Source: an uncultured Nitrososphaerota archaeon
GTDB lineage: Archaea > Thermoproteota > Nitrososphaeria > Nitrososphaerales > Gagatemarchaeaceae
Assembly (NCBI GenBank): GCA_963703285.1
Contig: OY969807.1
Location: 1,440,001-1,504,000, forward strand
Reading direction: 5' to 3'
DNA: 64,000 nucleotides
Positions 36,769-45,859 of the stretch are shown one piece after another. Every line of letters starts with the position of its first letter. Within the stretch, counting starts at the first letter, position 1. The position numbers were made by a program, and so were the translations under genes. The notes under the pieces are model-generated. The model saw nothing but the letters and a program-made list of their open reading frames with translations, had not been told where the DNA came from and did no database searches.

Positions 36769-38379
36769 TCAGTCCGACGCTGGCGCGGCCGCGCTGAGCG
36801 TGTCCCTTAGCTCGGTGGAGAGCTCGGACTGGGACTTGTCCAGCGACCTCACGACCTCCTTCGCGAGGGCCATCTCCCAGGTGGAGTCCAGCTGTCTGAG
36901 CTTGTCTCCTATGTCTATCTTGCTGGGCCGGACCTTTCCGCTCTGGACGTCCTGGACCAGCTTGTTCACGTTCAGGTTGAGCGAGTAGCGGCTGCTTATC
37001 GCCTGAAGCGCCTCCCTCAGGGTGTCGATCGGATAGTAGCTCTCGATCGAGCCCGCCTTCCAGGAGTGCACCATCTCCCTGGGGACGACCTTCTTCTCGA
37101 CGAGCTGCGCTGCCTCGCCGCTGTCTTCGGCGTCCAGAATCACGAACGTCGGGACGACCCTCTCGAACATGGCGACGACCGAGTCCAGGGCCCTTGCGGG
37201 GTCGCCCTTCCGCTTGATCGGGACGATCACCGCGTCGGCCAGGTCGATGCCCAGCTTCTGTGCGAAGGCCTGGAGGACTATCTTCTCGGCCTTCCTCTCA
37301 ACTAGGATGACCCGGTCGCTGAACAGGACGTCGCTCGGCTTGATCCCCATCTCCTTGAGGAGGCCTACCAAGTCGTCTGCCCGCGCTACCTTGGTCTGGC
37401 CCTCATCGAACCCGACGACCCAGAAGGCAGCCTTCCCGACCGCGTCGACGACGACTGGGGAGTGGGTGGCGATGAAAATCTGCCTCCCCTGGGAGATTTT
37501 CTCGATCTCGTCGGTGAGCCTCCGTTGCAGCCCCGGATGCCCGTGGCTCCCTGGCTCCTCGATGCCCAGTATCGTGGCGCCGTCCGTCTCGAGGAGCGCC
37601 GTGAAGAGGAGGTTTGCGGTTCCCTGCACTCCCCCGCCCTCCAGGGAGAGAGGGAAGCGCCTGTTCCCCTTCTTGACCATCAGCCGGGCCTGGGCCGGAT
37701 CCAGGCGGAATGAAGTTATGCCCGAGAAGGCCGCCTCGAATTCGCCGTACATCTCTTCGTCCCGGGGCGAGGTGCTCTGCTGCAGGTTCCACAGGCGGCT
37801 CTGCGCGCCCTCGTCGAGCGATGTGACCCTGAACCTGTCGCCCCCCCTGGCGTCCCTAGACGTCCCGACGAGCCTGAACCTGTTCCTGACTATCGCGGCG
37901 AGTATCATGAGGAGCCTGTCCAGAGAGGGGGAGTCGATGTTGAGGTCGGGAGAGAGCTGAGGCACATCGTCCTTGACCAAGCTTATCGTCCCCCACTCGA
38001 TGCTGTCCGTCCTCCAGACACCCTGGGGGCTGACCAGCGAGCGCGTTATCCTGAGCGTCGTCGAAGACGAACTCCCCAGGAGGGAGTTCAGGAAGGCCTG
38101 GTCTTCCCCCGAGAGCCCGGGCATCCCCTCCCCGATGAAGTCGAGGGCGAGCTCGAAGACGATTGGTTCGGTCGACCCCTTGGACCATACGTACTCATCC
38201 AGACCGGCGGTCGTTCCCTTGGCCGGCTCGAACTCAGAGAAGAAAAGCCTCATCGCCTCCAGGATGTTGGATTTCCCCGAGCTGTTCCTGCCTACCAGGA
38301 CGTTGAGGTTGCCAAGGTTCTCCAGCGAGACGCGTCTCAGGCTCCGGTAGTTGTCGACCTTGAAGGAAGTGATTTTCAA
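36769..38379 (-). CDS. OLD-family ABC ATPase fused to a divergent TOPRIM-like domain
   Basis: NYRSL, GRNSSGKS, EGGG, IEEPGSHGHP, ATHSP; then ILVERKAE and LDAED. Confidence 0.8.
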   Translation of the reverse strand: MKITSFKVDNYRSLRRVSLENLGNLNVLVGRNSSGKSNILEAMRLFFSEFEPAKGTTAGLDEYVWSKGSTEPIVFELALDFIGEGMPGLSGEDQAFLNSLLGSSSSTTLRITRSLVSPQGVWRTDSIEWGTISLVKDDVPQLSPDLNIDSPSLDRLLMILAAIVRNRFRLVGTSRDARGGDRFRVTSLDEGAQSRLWNLQQSTSPRDEEMYGEFEAAFSGITSFRLDPAQARLMVKKGNRRFPLSLEGGGVQGTANLLFTALLETDGATILGIEEPGSHGHPGLQRRLTDEIEKISQGRQIFIATHSPVVVDAVGKAAFWVVGFDEGQTKVARADDLVGLLKEMGIKPSDVLFSDRVILVERKAEKIVLQAFAQKLGIDLADAVIVPIKRKGDPARALDSVVAMFERVVPTFVILDAEDSGEAAQLVEKKVVPREMVHSWKAGSIESYYPIDTLREALQAISSRYSLNLNVNKLVQDVQSGKVRPSKIDIGDKLRQLDSTWEMALAKEVVRSLDKSQSELSTELRDTLSAAAPASD

Positions 38380-38601
38380 AGGCCCGGATGCCGCTGACGT
38401 TTAGTTATATAACATTGTTCTACATTGAAACACTTGTCAAAGTCTAACCAATTTATCGTCTGCAACATGCCAATTACACGTGTTCCTATCAGGATTTCCC
38501 AAAGTCTCCACAATATTTGCTGGGGGGACGGACCTCGCGTCTCCTCCGGCGAAGGGAGACGCGTGTCATCCTTAAAGGGGACGGGAAAGCGTCCGCGGTC
38601 C

Positions 38602-39159
38602 ATGGCTACGAAGGTGCTCGTCGCCTACTCCAGCAGGTATCAAGCGACCAGCGGGATTGCGAGTTTCATCGCGGACCGTCTTCGGGGGTACGGGATCGAC
38701 GTGGACCTGGAGGACATAAAAGCGGTCCACAACCCCGAGGACTACGATGCCTACGTGATCGGGAGCGCCATCTACACGTTCCACTGGTTGAAGGAGGCGA
38801 GGGAGTTCGTGCTGCGAAACCGTAGGATACTTGCGAGGAAGCCGGTGTGGCTCTTCAGCAGCGGGCCCCTGGGGACCCAGACCAGGAACGCGCAGGGAAG
38901 AGACCTCCGCGATGTCTCAGGACCGCAGGAACTGGGGGAGCTCAGGGAGGCGGTCAACCCCCGGAGCCATCGCGTCTTCTTTGGTGCGCTTGACGAAAGC
39001 AAACTCGGGTTCGCGCACAGGATGCTCCGCAAGATGCCGGCAGCGCGCGAGGGGCTCCCCGAGGGTGACTTTCGTGACTGGACGGAGATAGGCGAGTGGG
39101 CCAGCGAGATTTCCAAGCAACTCGGGCTGCCGCTCCCAGCCCACCTTCCCGCAGAGTGA
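38602..39159 (+). CDS. Flavodoxin-domain protein (HemG-like)
   Basis: VAYSSRYQAT..IA, GSAIY, WLFSSGP and GDFRDW motifs. Confidence 0.9.
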   Translation: MATKVLVAYSSRYQATSGIASFIADRLRGYGIDVDLEDIKAVHNPEDYDAYVIGSAIYTFHWLKEAREFVLRNRRILARKPVWLFSSGPLGTQTRNAQGRDLRDVSGPQELGELREAVNPRSHRVFFGALDESKLGFAHRMLRKMPAAREGLPEGDFRDWTEIGEWASEISKQLGLPLPAHLPAE

Positions 39160-39187
39160 CGGGCGGGTCCCCTCCCCGACGGGGCGA

Positions 39188-39787
39188 CTACTGAAGGCCC
39201 CTCGATGAGACCCAGAGCCGTATCGTCCCGATGTTTGTCTCCTGCCTGTTCACCGAGTACCCGTACCCCCTGACGATGGCCATGAGGAACTCGCGGGCGC
39301 ACTCGGTGGACTCGATCTTCCTGCCTGCGCCGATGACGTCGATCTCGTAGGTTCCCTTCGATTGCTCCTTGATTGTCAGCTGCTTTATGGGCAGGAGGCC
39401 CCTGAAGTCCTTCTCGACCGTCGAAAGCTCCGACAGGTCCCCTGCGAAGATCTTCAGCAGGCTAACGAGCCTGCTTCCGAGGTCCCGGAACTTCTTCAGC
39501 GTCCCCTCCTTGTCCGTGGCGTATAGCTCGGCCGTCACCTCGTCGACGAAGTCGGCGGGGAGCGTGATGACGTCGACCTGCTTGAGCAGGGCGAAGGAGC
39601 GCCAGATTGCGTACAAGTCGGAGGGACTGCCGCCCTCTCCCGCTATCTTCGTCACGAGCGAGAGTGACTCGTTGGCGAAGGCGAATAACGTCTTGTTCTG
39701 CCTTTCGGCTTCGGCTGAGAACGCCTCGAAGACGTTCTGGTCCACCGAGATGTTCGTGCGGGCCATCCGTGTACTACTCGGGGTCAT
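39188..39787 (-). CDS. Hypothetical protein with an N-terminal RHH-like region
   Basis: RTNISVDQNVFEAFSAEAERQNKTLFAFANE; host-like codons. Confidence 0.7.
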   Translation of the reverse strand: MTPSSTRMARTNISVDQNVFEAFSAEAERQNKTLFAFANESLSLVTKIAGEGGSPSDLYAIWRSFALLKQVDVITLPADFVDEVTAELYATDKEGTLKKFRDLGSRLVSLLKIFAGDLSELSTVEKDFRGLLPIKQLTIKEQSKGTYEIDVIGAGRKIESTECAREFLMAIVRGYGYSVNRQETNIGTIRLWVSSRGLQ

Positions 39788-39893
39788 CCTCAGGCTATTT
39801 ATTCACGTTTGCACTCATTTGCGGTCAACTTTTCGGGCGCCCTGATTTCCCCTGGCTCACCAGTGAGTCACAAGAGTAATGAAATGACGACCT

Positions 39894-40352
39894 TCAGGTT
39901 CTGCCCCGCCTGCCGAAGACCCTCTCAACTACAGATTCCTTGTATCCGTGCTGCTGCAGACCGGTCTCCATCGTCCGCCGGTAGCGCTCCGAGGGCTCCC
40001 CCGGGGGGCTCGCGGACTTCCAGACGAACGTCTTCGCGTGGGCGATGTCGTTCCCGTCCTCCAGCTCCACCCTTATGTCCACAGGGGCGACCCCTTCGTG
40101 CCTGCCCAGCTTCAGGAACTGGTCCTCGGCGAGGAGGTAGACCACGCCGTAGACTATGTCCTCGAACCCGTCCGTCGGCACCAGGTTGGCTGCGTTTCCC
40201 TCCCACCTCGTGGAGCGGACGTTGAAGATCAGCTTGTAGCTCCTGGCTATCGCCCTCTTGGAGAGGTGCCACTCACCGACCAGGCCGTTCATCTGGTCGA
40301 CGTTCAGGTTGGAGCCGTAGGCGAAGTACCAGACCCTGTTCGAGAGCGACAT
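39894..40352 (-). CDS. Gamma-glutamylcyclotransferase (AIG2-like)
   Basis: YFAYGSNL, VYGVVY, EG and PS.RY motifs. Confidence 0.9.
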   Translation of the reverse strand: MSLSNRVWYFAYGSNLNVDQMNGLVGEWHLSKRAIARSYKLIFNVRSTRWEGNAANLVPTDGFEDIVYGVVYLLAEDQFLKLGRHEGVAPVDIRVELEDGNDIAHAKTFVWKSASPPGEPSERYRRTMETGLQQHGYKESVVERVFGRRGRT

Positions 40353-40431
40353 CCTGAGGCGACCGAGCACACCCTAGGCGGGCTTTAGATAAGACCCTTT
40401 GTCTTCAGGCGCCGGTCTCTGGGGGGCGGAA

Positions 40432-40878
40432 CTATCGCTGCCGCTTCTTCGAGCGGTACTCCTTCTCCAGAGCCCGTGCGTACTTGTCCCAGACCTCGCT
40501 CGTCTGCCTGGCCTGCTCCTCCAGCGAAGGGGGGTTCGCTATCTTCCACTTCTCCTTGAAGACCATATCGAGCCTCGTCTTGTCCTGGCCCAGGGACTTG
40601 AGGCGGTAGTCGCCGGTCTCGTCGTCCTCCTCCCCGAAGTAATCCAGGTGCCACGCGTCCGGAGGGTTCAAGGTGACCACGTCGACGGCGATCTTCTGGG
40701 TGCCGTCTGCCCCGCGGTATATCTGGGCGTAGACGACTCGCCTCCTGGTCTTCGTCAGGATCCTCCTCTGGCTCTTTGACCCGGTTATCAGAGGGTCGTC
40801 GTTGCGGAAGTCGGTGCACCACTCATATACGTACCGCTGGGGCGCGTCGATGGTCTTGGAAACCCTTGTGACGTCCAT
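40432..40878 (-). CDS. SRPBCC/START-like protein
   Basis: VSKTIDAP...VYEWCTDF; C-terminal amphipathic helix. Confidence 0.65.
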   Translation of the reverse strand: MDVTRVSKTIDAPQRYVYEWCTDFRNDDPLITGSKSQRRILTKTRRRVVYAQIYRGADGTQKIAVDVVTLNPPDAWHLDYFGEEDDETGDYRLKSLGQDKTRLDMVFKEKWKIANPPSLEEQARQTSEVWDKYARALEKEYRSKKRQR

Positions 40879-40906
40879 GCTCTCGAGGTTGGCGATGCTC
40901 CGATAA

Positions 40907-41428
40907 TTAATCTTGCCTGGACGCACGGGCCTGGTCGCGGTCTTTGAGCTCGAGGAGAGCGTCTCCCAGCTTGGTGAACTGCTGGTTCAGACCCATGGCC
41001 GACATCCTCGTCCACTGGGGGTCGTGCATCGCATCCTGGGTAAGCCTCATCCTGACACCATCTCCCTCGCTCCGAAATTCGACCACGGTCGCGACCTCAT
41101 AGGGGGAGACGCCCGGAGCGATGTCGGCAAGCGTCTTGTACGCGATCCGCTGGGGCTGGACGACCTCGGTGTAGGTCCCGTGGGCGACGTTGGTGAGGGG
41201 GAGGCCCGCTCCCTTCAGCGCCTCGACCTGAAACGTGTCGGTGGCCGTTATCTCGTACTCGAACTCTCCGCCGGGCCGGACATCCAGCTTCCTTACCTTG
41301 GCGACGAACCCGTCCGGCCCCCACCACGATTCCAGGCCCGGCCTCGTCGTCCAGAGGTCCCAGATGCTGTTCAGGCTCGTCTGGTAGACCCGCTCGATCA
41401 CAATCCCTGGTTTTCCCCCGCTGGTCAT
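40907..41428 (-). CDS. SRPBCC (AHSA1-like) domain protein
   Basis: IERVY...IWDLWT...WWGP.GF...DVRPGG; the ORF can extend to 41524. Confidence 0.88.
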   Translation of the reverse strand: MTSGGKPGIVIERVYQTSLNSIWDLWTTRPGLESWWGPDGFVAKVRKLDVRPGGEFEYEITATDTFQVEALKGAGLPLTNVAHGTYTEVVQPQRIAYKTLADIAPGVSPYEVATVVEFRSEGDGVRMRLTQDAMHDPQWTRMSAMGLNQQFTKLGDALLELKDRDQARASRQD

Positions 41429-41550
41429 GCCGCTCGCGCCACAATCATTCCACGGCGGCACATAAAATAGACCTAGTACGGCGGCGATGCCCCAGAAGAC
41501 GATGAGCGCCCAGAAGGGCGACAACCCTTCGGGCTGATTGTGGAGTCTCG

Positions 41551-42159
41551 CTAGAGGATGTCGCCCGACTCGTCCTGCTCTATCACGGTGAACCTGGCTC
41601 CCGGGAAGGCCGAGGAGATGTGATAGGAGAGGTCGCTGACCAGCTCCCTTCCCTTCTCGTCGACCTCCTTCTCGAACCTGGCGACCTCCGCAGGGTCGCT
41701 CCTAAGTTTCGTCGTCCTGTCGGCGTACTGCTCGAAGGTCTCGCTTGGCATCGCGTGGAGCGCCACGGGCCGGGCTCCGATGGCCACGGAGAAGGCCGCC
41801 TCGTGCGGGCTGTGCAGGGGCCTGTATGTCAGGACCATCTCCAGGAAGAAGTAGTCGCTCCGTCCGAACACCTTCAGGTCTATCTGACGGACCGAGCCCT
41901 TGTGGGAGTCGAAGTAGGAGTTCGCGTTGTCCACGACCGAACGCAGGTCCGAGTCGGCCCCGTCCTTGAAGACGTAGACGTGTGCCCCGTCGACCTCGAG
42001 GGACGCGACGTGCACGACGCCGATGGAGGTCAGAAAGTCGGCCGCCTTCTGGATGAAGTCCCTCGGGTCGAAGGGCTCGTGTACGGGCCGGATAACCCGG
42101 CTGAGCCTGTCGCCCAGGCGTTCGGGCGTGGGCTTGTGTTCCACCTGCTCCGGTTCCAT
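41551..42159 (-). CDS. Hypothetical protein
   Basis: Host-like codon usage from MEPEQ onward; no family recognised. Confidence 0.6.
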   Translation of the reverse strand: MEPEQVEHKPTPERLGDRLSRVIRPVHEPFDPRDFIQKAADFLTSIGVVHVASLEVDGAHVYVFKDGADSDLRSVVDNANSYFDSHKGSVRQIDLKVFGRSDYFFLEMVLTYRPLHSPHEAAFSVAIGARPVALHAMPSETFEQYADRTTKLRSDPAEVARFEKEVDEKGRELVSDLSYHISSAFPGARFTVIEQDESGDIL

Positions 42160-42494
42160 GGTCTCGACCGCCTGCCCCTGTTTCTGACCCCAGTCCCTGA
42201 GAGTAATCGTGCGGACGTAGACCGGATCGGGGGAAGTCTGACTCTTGGCGTTGAGGAAACCCGGCAACGCGGCGTACATCGGGGCGAGGACCGAGGTACC
42301 GAAGGTATAGTTCGCGTAGCCACCGACGAAGCTCTCCTCTGGCGAGTCTTCAGAACAGTGGGCACCCTCGGTGCAGCTCGACATGAGGTGTTCGGCGCTC
42401 CGCCCCCTAATTAAGGGAATCAGACGGGCGTGCGTCACGGCGACCTGCCCCGACGGCTCTGCGGTCCTAAAATACCGCGGCGAGATTTGTCCGC

Positions 42495-42956
42495 GTGGAG
42501 GAGTACTACAGGAAGAAGGCGCGCGAGTATGAGGAACTCTACCGCCGTACCGACCTCGGACGAAAGGAGGAGCTGGAGAGGATCTCCCGAGCGCTCCGGA
42601 AGAAGCTGAGGGGAAGGGACGTCCTAGCCGACTTCTACACCAAGGTCATCGGGATGAAGACGGTCGGGAAGGGGACGATGCCGCACGGAGGGAAGTACGT
42701 CCACCTGCGCGGAAAGGGGTCGAAGCAGACGCTCGAACTCAACTGGTACCCGCAGGGCTCCAGGTTCTTCTCGGAGTACAGGCAGGGGGAGGAGCTGGAC
42801 CACCTGGCGTTCGTGGTGAAGGACGTGAAGAAGGCGTACAAGGAGCTCCTAGGCAAGGGGGCCGAGCCTGCGGTCACCCCCAGGGAGTCAAAGGGTACCG
42901 AGGTCTACGTCAAAGACCCCGACGGGATCTGGATCGAGCTCCTGTCGTCCAGTTAG
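42495..42956 (+). CDS. Chimeric ORF: methyltransferase N-terminus fused in frame to a VOC/glyoxalase lacking its first strand
   Basis: YYRKKAREYEELY...GRDVL stops before the SAM motif; then DFYTKVIGM...LELNWY...LDHLAF...DPDGIWIEL. Confidence 0.75.
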   Translation: MEEYYRKKAREYEELYRRTDLGRKEELERISRALRKKLRGRDVLADFYTKVIGMKTVGKGTMPHGGKYVHLRGKGSKQTLELNWYPQGSRFFSEYRQGEELDHLAFVVKDVKKAYKELLGKGAEPAVTPRESKGTEVYVKDPDGIWIELLSSS

Positions 42957-43024
42957 GGACGCCGAATCGGATGAAGCTCGCGAGGCCTCCGCGTGGATAA
43001 ATACGACTCCCTCCAAGACTCCTC

Positions 43025-43486
43025 GTGCCTCCGGGATGGAAGGTAACCACACCGCGAGATGACTCTGAGTATTTCGAGCGTATGTCGAAGGCGCTCTTCT
43101 CGGCCGGCCTGAACTGGAAGATGATAGACAAGAAGTGGCCCAACTTCAGAACGGCCTTCGCGGACTTCTCTCCAGGCGTGGTGGCGAAAATCTCCGAGAG
43201 CCAGGTGAGGGAGCTGATGAAGGACACCGGCATAGTCAGGAATGAGAAGAAGATACGCGCGACGGTCCGCAACGCAAGGACAATCCTCGAGATCGAGAAG
43301 GAGCACGGCTCCTTCAAGAAGTACCTGAACTCGTTCGGGAAGCACGAGGAGAGGCTGCAGACGGACCTGCAGGAACGTTTCCAGCACCTCGGTCCCTCTT
43401 CATCAAGGATGTTCCTGTGGTCTGTGGGATATCCCCTGGCCCCGAACAAGGAAGAAAAGGAGTGGCTGGCGAGCCACAAATCCTAG
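43025..43486 (+). CDS. DNA-3-methyladenine glycosylase I family protein
   Basis: FSAGLNW..I..K...F..AF..F and GIVRN..KI.A...NA motifs. Confidence 0.88.
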   Translation: MPPGWKVTTPRDDSEYFERMSKALFSAGLNWKMIDKKWPNFRTAFADFSPGVVAKISESQVRELMKDTGIVRNEKKIRATVRNARTILEIEKEHGSFKKYLNSFGKHEERLQTDLQERFQHLGPSSSRMFLWSVGYPLAPNKEEKEWLASHKS

Positions 43487-43492
43487 CGGGAT

Positions 43493-44059
43493 CTACTCCA
43501 GGTCCATTGTCATTACGATGGCGTCGATGACCTTAGGTCCACGGCGTACCTTTCCCTTTAGGAGACCTGCCCGCTTGAAGCCGACCTTCCGATACAGCGC
43601 CTGGGCCCGCGGGTTCGTGGAGAACACCTCGAGTTGCAGCGTCTTCAGCCCAGCGTCCCTGCTGAGCTCGATGAGTGACCTGAGCATCTCCGTGCCCATG
43701 CCGATCCCTCTGTAGCCTTTGGCCAGGGCGATGCCCAGCCTGCCGTTCGCGCTGATGTCGTCAACTTCTCCCCGGATGACCTCGGAGTTCCCGACTACCC
43801 TCCCGTCGACCTCGGCGACCACGCTGATCTCCTTCCCCTGCTCGATTCTGACCAGCTTCTTCGCGAGCCAGCCCGCTTGCTCGTCCCTTGTCACGGGCTT
43901 GCTCAGCGTCACTCCAAAGTCGCTGTTCTCCTCGTGCTCCGCGACCAGGCCATTGGCGAACTCCACCAGGTTGTCAAGGTCTTCCCACCTTGCGGCGCGG
44001 AGCGTGACTCTCCTCCCCTCTTTGGTAAGGAAGCTCCTGTACACCCGACCCGCTTTCAC
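43493..44059 (-). CDS. GNAT family N-acetyltransferase
   Basis: YRGIGMG and LEVFSTN..A..LY.KVGF motifs. Confidence 0.9.
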   Translation of the reverse strand: MKAGRVYRSFLTKEGRRVTLRAARWEDLDNLVEFANGLVAEHEENSDFGVTLSKPVTRDEQAGWLAKKLVRIEQGKEISVVAEVDGRVVGNSEVIRGEVDDISANGRLGIALAKGYRGIGMGTEMLRSLIELSRDAGLKTLQLEVFSTNPRAQALYRKVGFKRAGLLKGKVRRGPKVIDAIVMTMDLE

Positions 44060-44119
44060 TGGCAAGGGACCCCGCTGAGGTTGGCAGGATTGAAATCTGT
44101 TTTGTAAACCCTGTCCAAC

Positions 44120-45160
44120 TCTGTTATCCTGAAATTGGTTCACCCCCTTGCCATCAAGATTAGAGCGAGGTGGGTATGGAACAGGGGAAGACGCTTCTAC
44201 GTCTACATGAAGCTCGATCCCATCAAAGTAGCGTGGATCGTCAGGCAGAAGGAGGACGGGATGAGGAACTCCGCGATAGCGAGCTCGATGGGGGTCTCGG
44301 TGAGGAGGGTCCAGGAGCTCTACGCGTCCTATCGCACGACAGGTGCGATACCAGAGCTGAAGAGGCCGGGAAGGAAGCGCGTCGAGGCGACTGAACAAGA
44401 GTCGAAGGTCGTCGCAGAGGCCTACGCAAGGCACAGGGCGGGAGCGGTCGTCCTCGAGCGCGTCATCGAGGTTAACTACGCGACGCACATACCTCACAAC
44501 CGCATCCACAGGGTGATGAGGTCGATGGGACTCGCGAGGGACGAACCGAGGAAGCAGAGGAGGAGGAAGTGGGTACGATACGAGAGGAAGTACTCGAACT
44601 CGCTCTGGCACACGGACTGGACCCTCATCGAGGGTATGGGATGGCTCATCGCATACCTTGACGATGCCTCAAGGTTCATCGTCGGGTACGGGTTGTTCCC
44701 CGAGGCGACGTCGGAGCACGCCGTGGAGGTGCTGAAGGAAGCCATCAAGAAGCACGGGAAGCCCGCCTCGATCCTCACGGACAGGGGAATACAGTTCTAC
44801 GCCGTGGAGGCTGGCGACAGGCTGAGGGGGCTGACGGCGTTCGAGAAGTACCTCATCGAGAGCGAGATCAGGCAGGTCCTATCGAGGGTGTCACACCCGC
44901 AGACCAACGGGAAGGTGGAACGTTTCTTCAGGACGGTCAAGGACAAGCGCCGATTCTTCGGCAGCATCGACGAGCTGATGGAGTGGTACAACGTGACGAG
45001 ACCGCACATGTCGCTGAACCTGGACGTCATCGAGACCCCTTACCAGGCATACCTGAGGAAGATGCCCGACAAGGAAGGGATGGTGACGGACGAGGAATCG
45101 GGAGAGACATACCATGCCCAGAAGAGCTAGAAAGGGGCGAACTCATTTCGGGATAGCACA
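44120..45160 (+). mobile_element. IS481-family-like insertion sequence, 1041 bp, with a 15-bp target duplication
   Basis: Imperfect TIRs tctgttatcctgaaattggttcacccc and reverse-complement tgtgctatcccgaaatgagttcgcccc (21/27); direct repeat taaaccctgtccaac at 44105-44119 and 45161-45175. Confidence 0.9.
44207..45130 (+). CDS. DDE transposase (integrase core, IS481-like)
   Basis: N-terminal HTH; LWHTDW, LDDASRF, LTDRG.QF, PQTNGKVERF and YN..RPH.SL. Confidence 0.93.
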   Translation: MKLDPIKVAWIVRQKEDGMRNSAIASSMGVSVRRVQELYASYRTTGAIPELKRPGRKRVEATEQESKVVAEAYARHRAGAVVLERVIEVNYATHIPHNRIHRVMRSMGLARDEPRKQRRRKWVRYERKYSNSLWHTDWTLIEGMGWLIAYLDDASRFIVGYGLFPEATSEHAVEVLKEAIKKHGKPASILTDRGIQFYAVEAGDRLRGLTAFEKYLIESEIRQVLSRVSHPQTNGKVERFFRTVKDKRRFFGSIDELMEWYNVTRPHMSLNLDVIETPYQAYLRKMPDKEGMVTDEESGETYHAQKS

Positions 45161-45232
45161 TAAACCCTGTCCAACGGCTACCGCCCATACCCTAATCCTG
45201 GTGGAAATCACGAGAACCGTTAAAACCTGCGT

Positions 45233-45784
45233 TTGGACGTGCTCGGACACTTGCTTCCCCTTGGAAAGCCTGCCCCCAACTTCGAGAATCTTCTCTCGAC
45301 CGACGGGAAGCGATACTCGTTGGAGTCGTTCAGCGACAAGCGCGTGCTCGTGGTCATCTTCTCGTGCAACCACTGCCCGTACCTCAAGGACTACGAGGGA
45401 AGGATGGTCGAGATACAGCGGGACTACTCTCCAAAGGGTGTCCAGCTGGTCGCGATAAACGCGAACGACGACAAGACCTACCCCGAGGACAGCTACCCGG
45501 AGATGGTCAAGAGGGCGAAGCAGAGGGGATTCAACTTCGTCTATCTGAGAGACGACGGTCAGCAAATCATCGACGACTACGGCGCCGCCTGCACGCCGCA
45601 CGTCTTCCTCTTCGACCAGTCGAGACTCCTCCGTTACAGGGGTCGGATTGATGATTCGAGGGACGCGTCCAAGGTGAGGAGCCCGGACCTTCGGAACGCG
45701 ATTGAGGACGTCCTCAGCGGAGTCCCGGTGCGTGTTCCCGACACGAGACCCTTCGGATGCAGCATCAAGTTCTACCAGGAGTAG
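45233..45784 (+). CDS. Thioredoxin/AhpC-TSA family protein
   Basis: CNHCPY, AINAND, YGAACTP, YRGRIDD and GCSIK motifs. Confidence 0.92.
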   Translation: MDVLGHLLPLGKPAPNFENLLSTDGKRYSLESFSDKRVLVVIFSCNHCPYLKDYEGRMVEIQRDYSPKGVQLVAINANDDKTYPEDSYPEMVKRAKQRGFNFVYLRDDGQQIIDDYGAACTPHVFLFDQSRLLRYRGRIDDSRDASKVRSPDLRNAIEDVLSGVPVRVPDTRPFGCSIKFYQE

Positions 45785-45859
45785 CTCGGGAAAGCCGCTC
45801 CCTACTGGTCCTTTCCCTACAACGCTTAAATCGATTCGGGGTCATGAAGGGCTCGAAGA

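Noticed and set aside
43493-44611. 372-aa GNAT with a long N-terminal extension
   Set aside because: The extension is antisense read-through into the IS; the GNAT starts near 44059.
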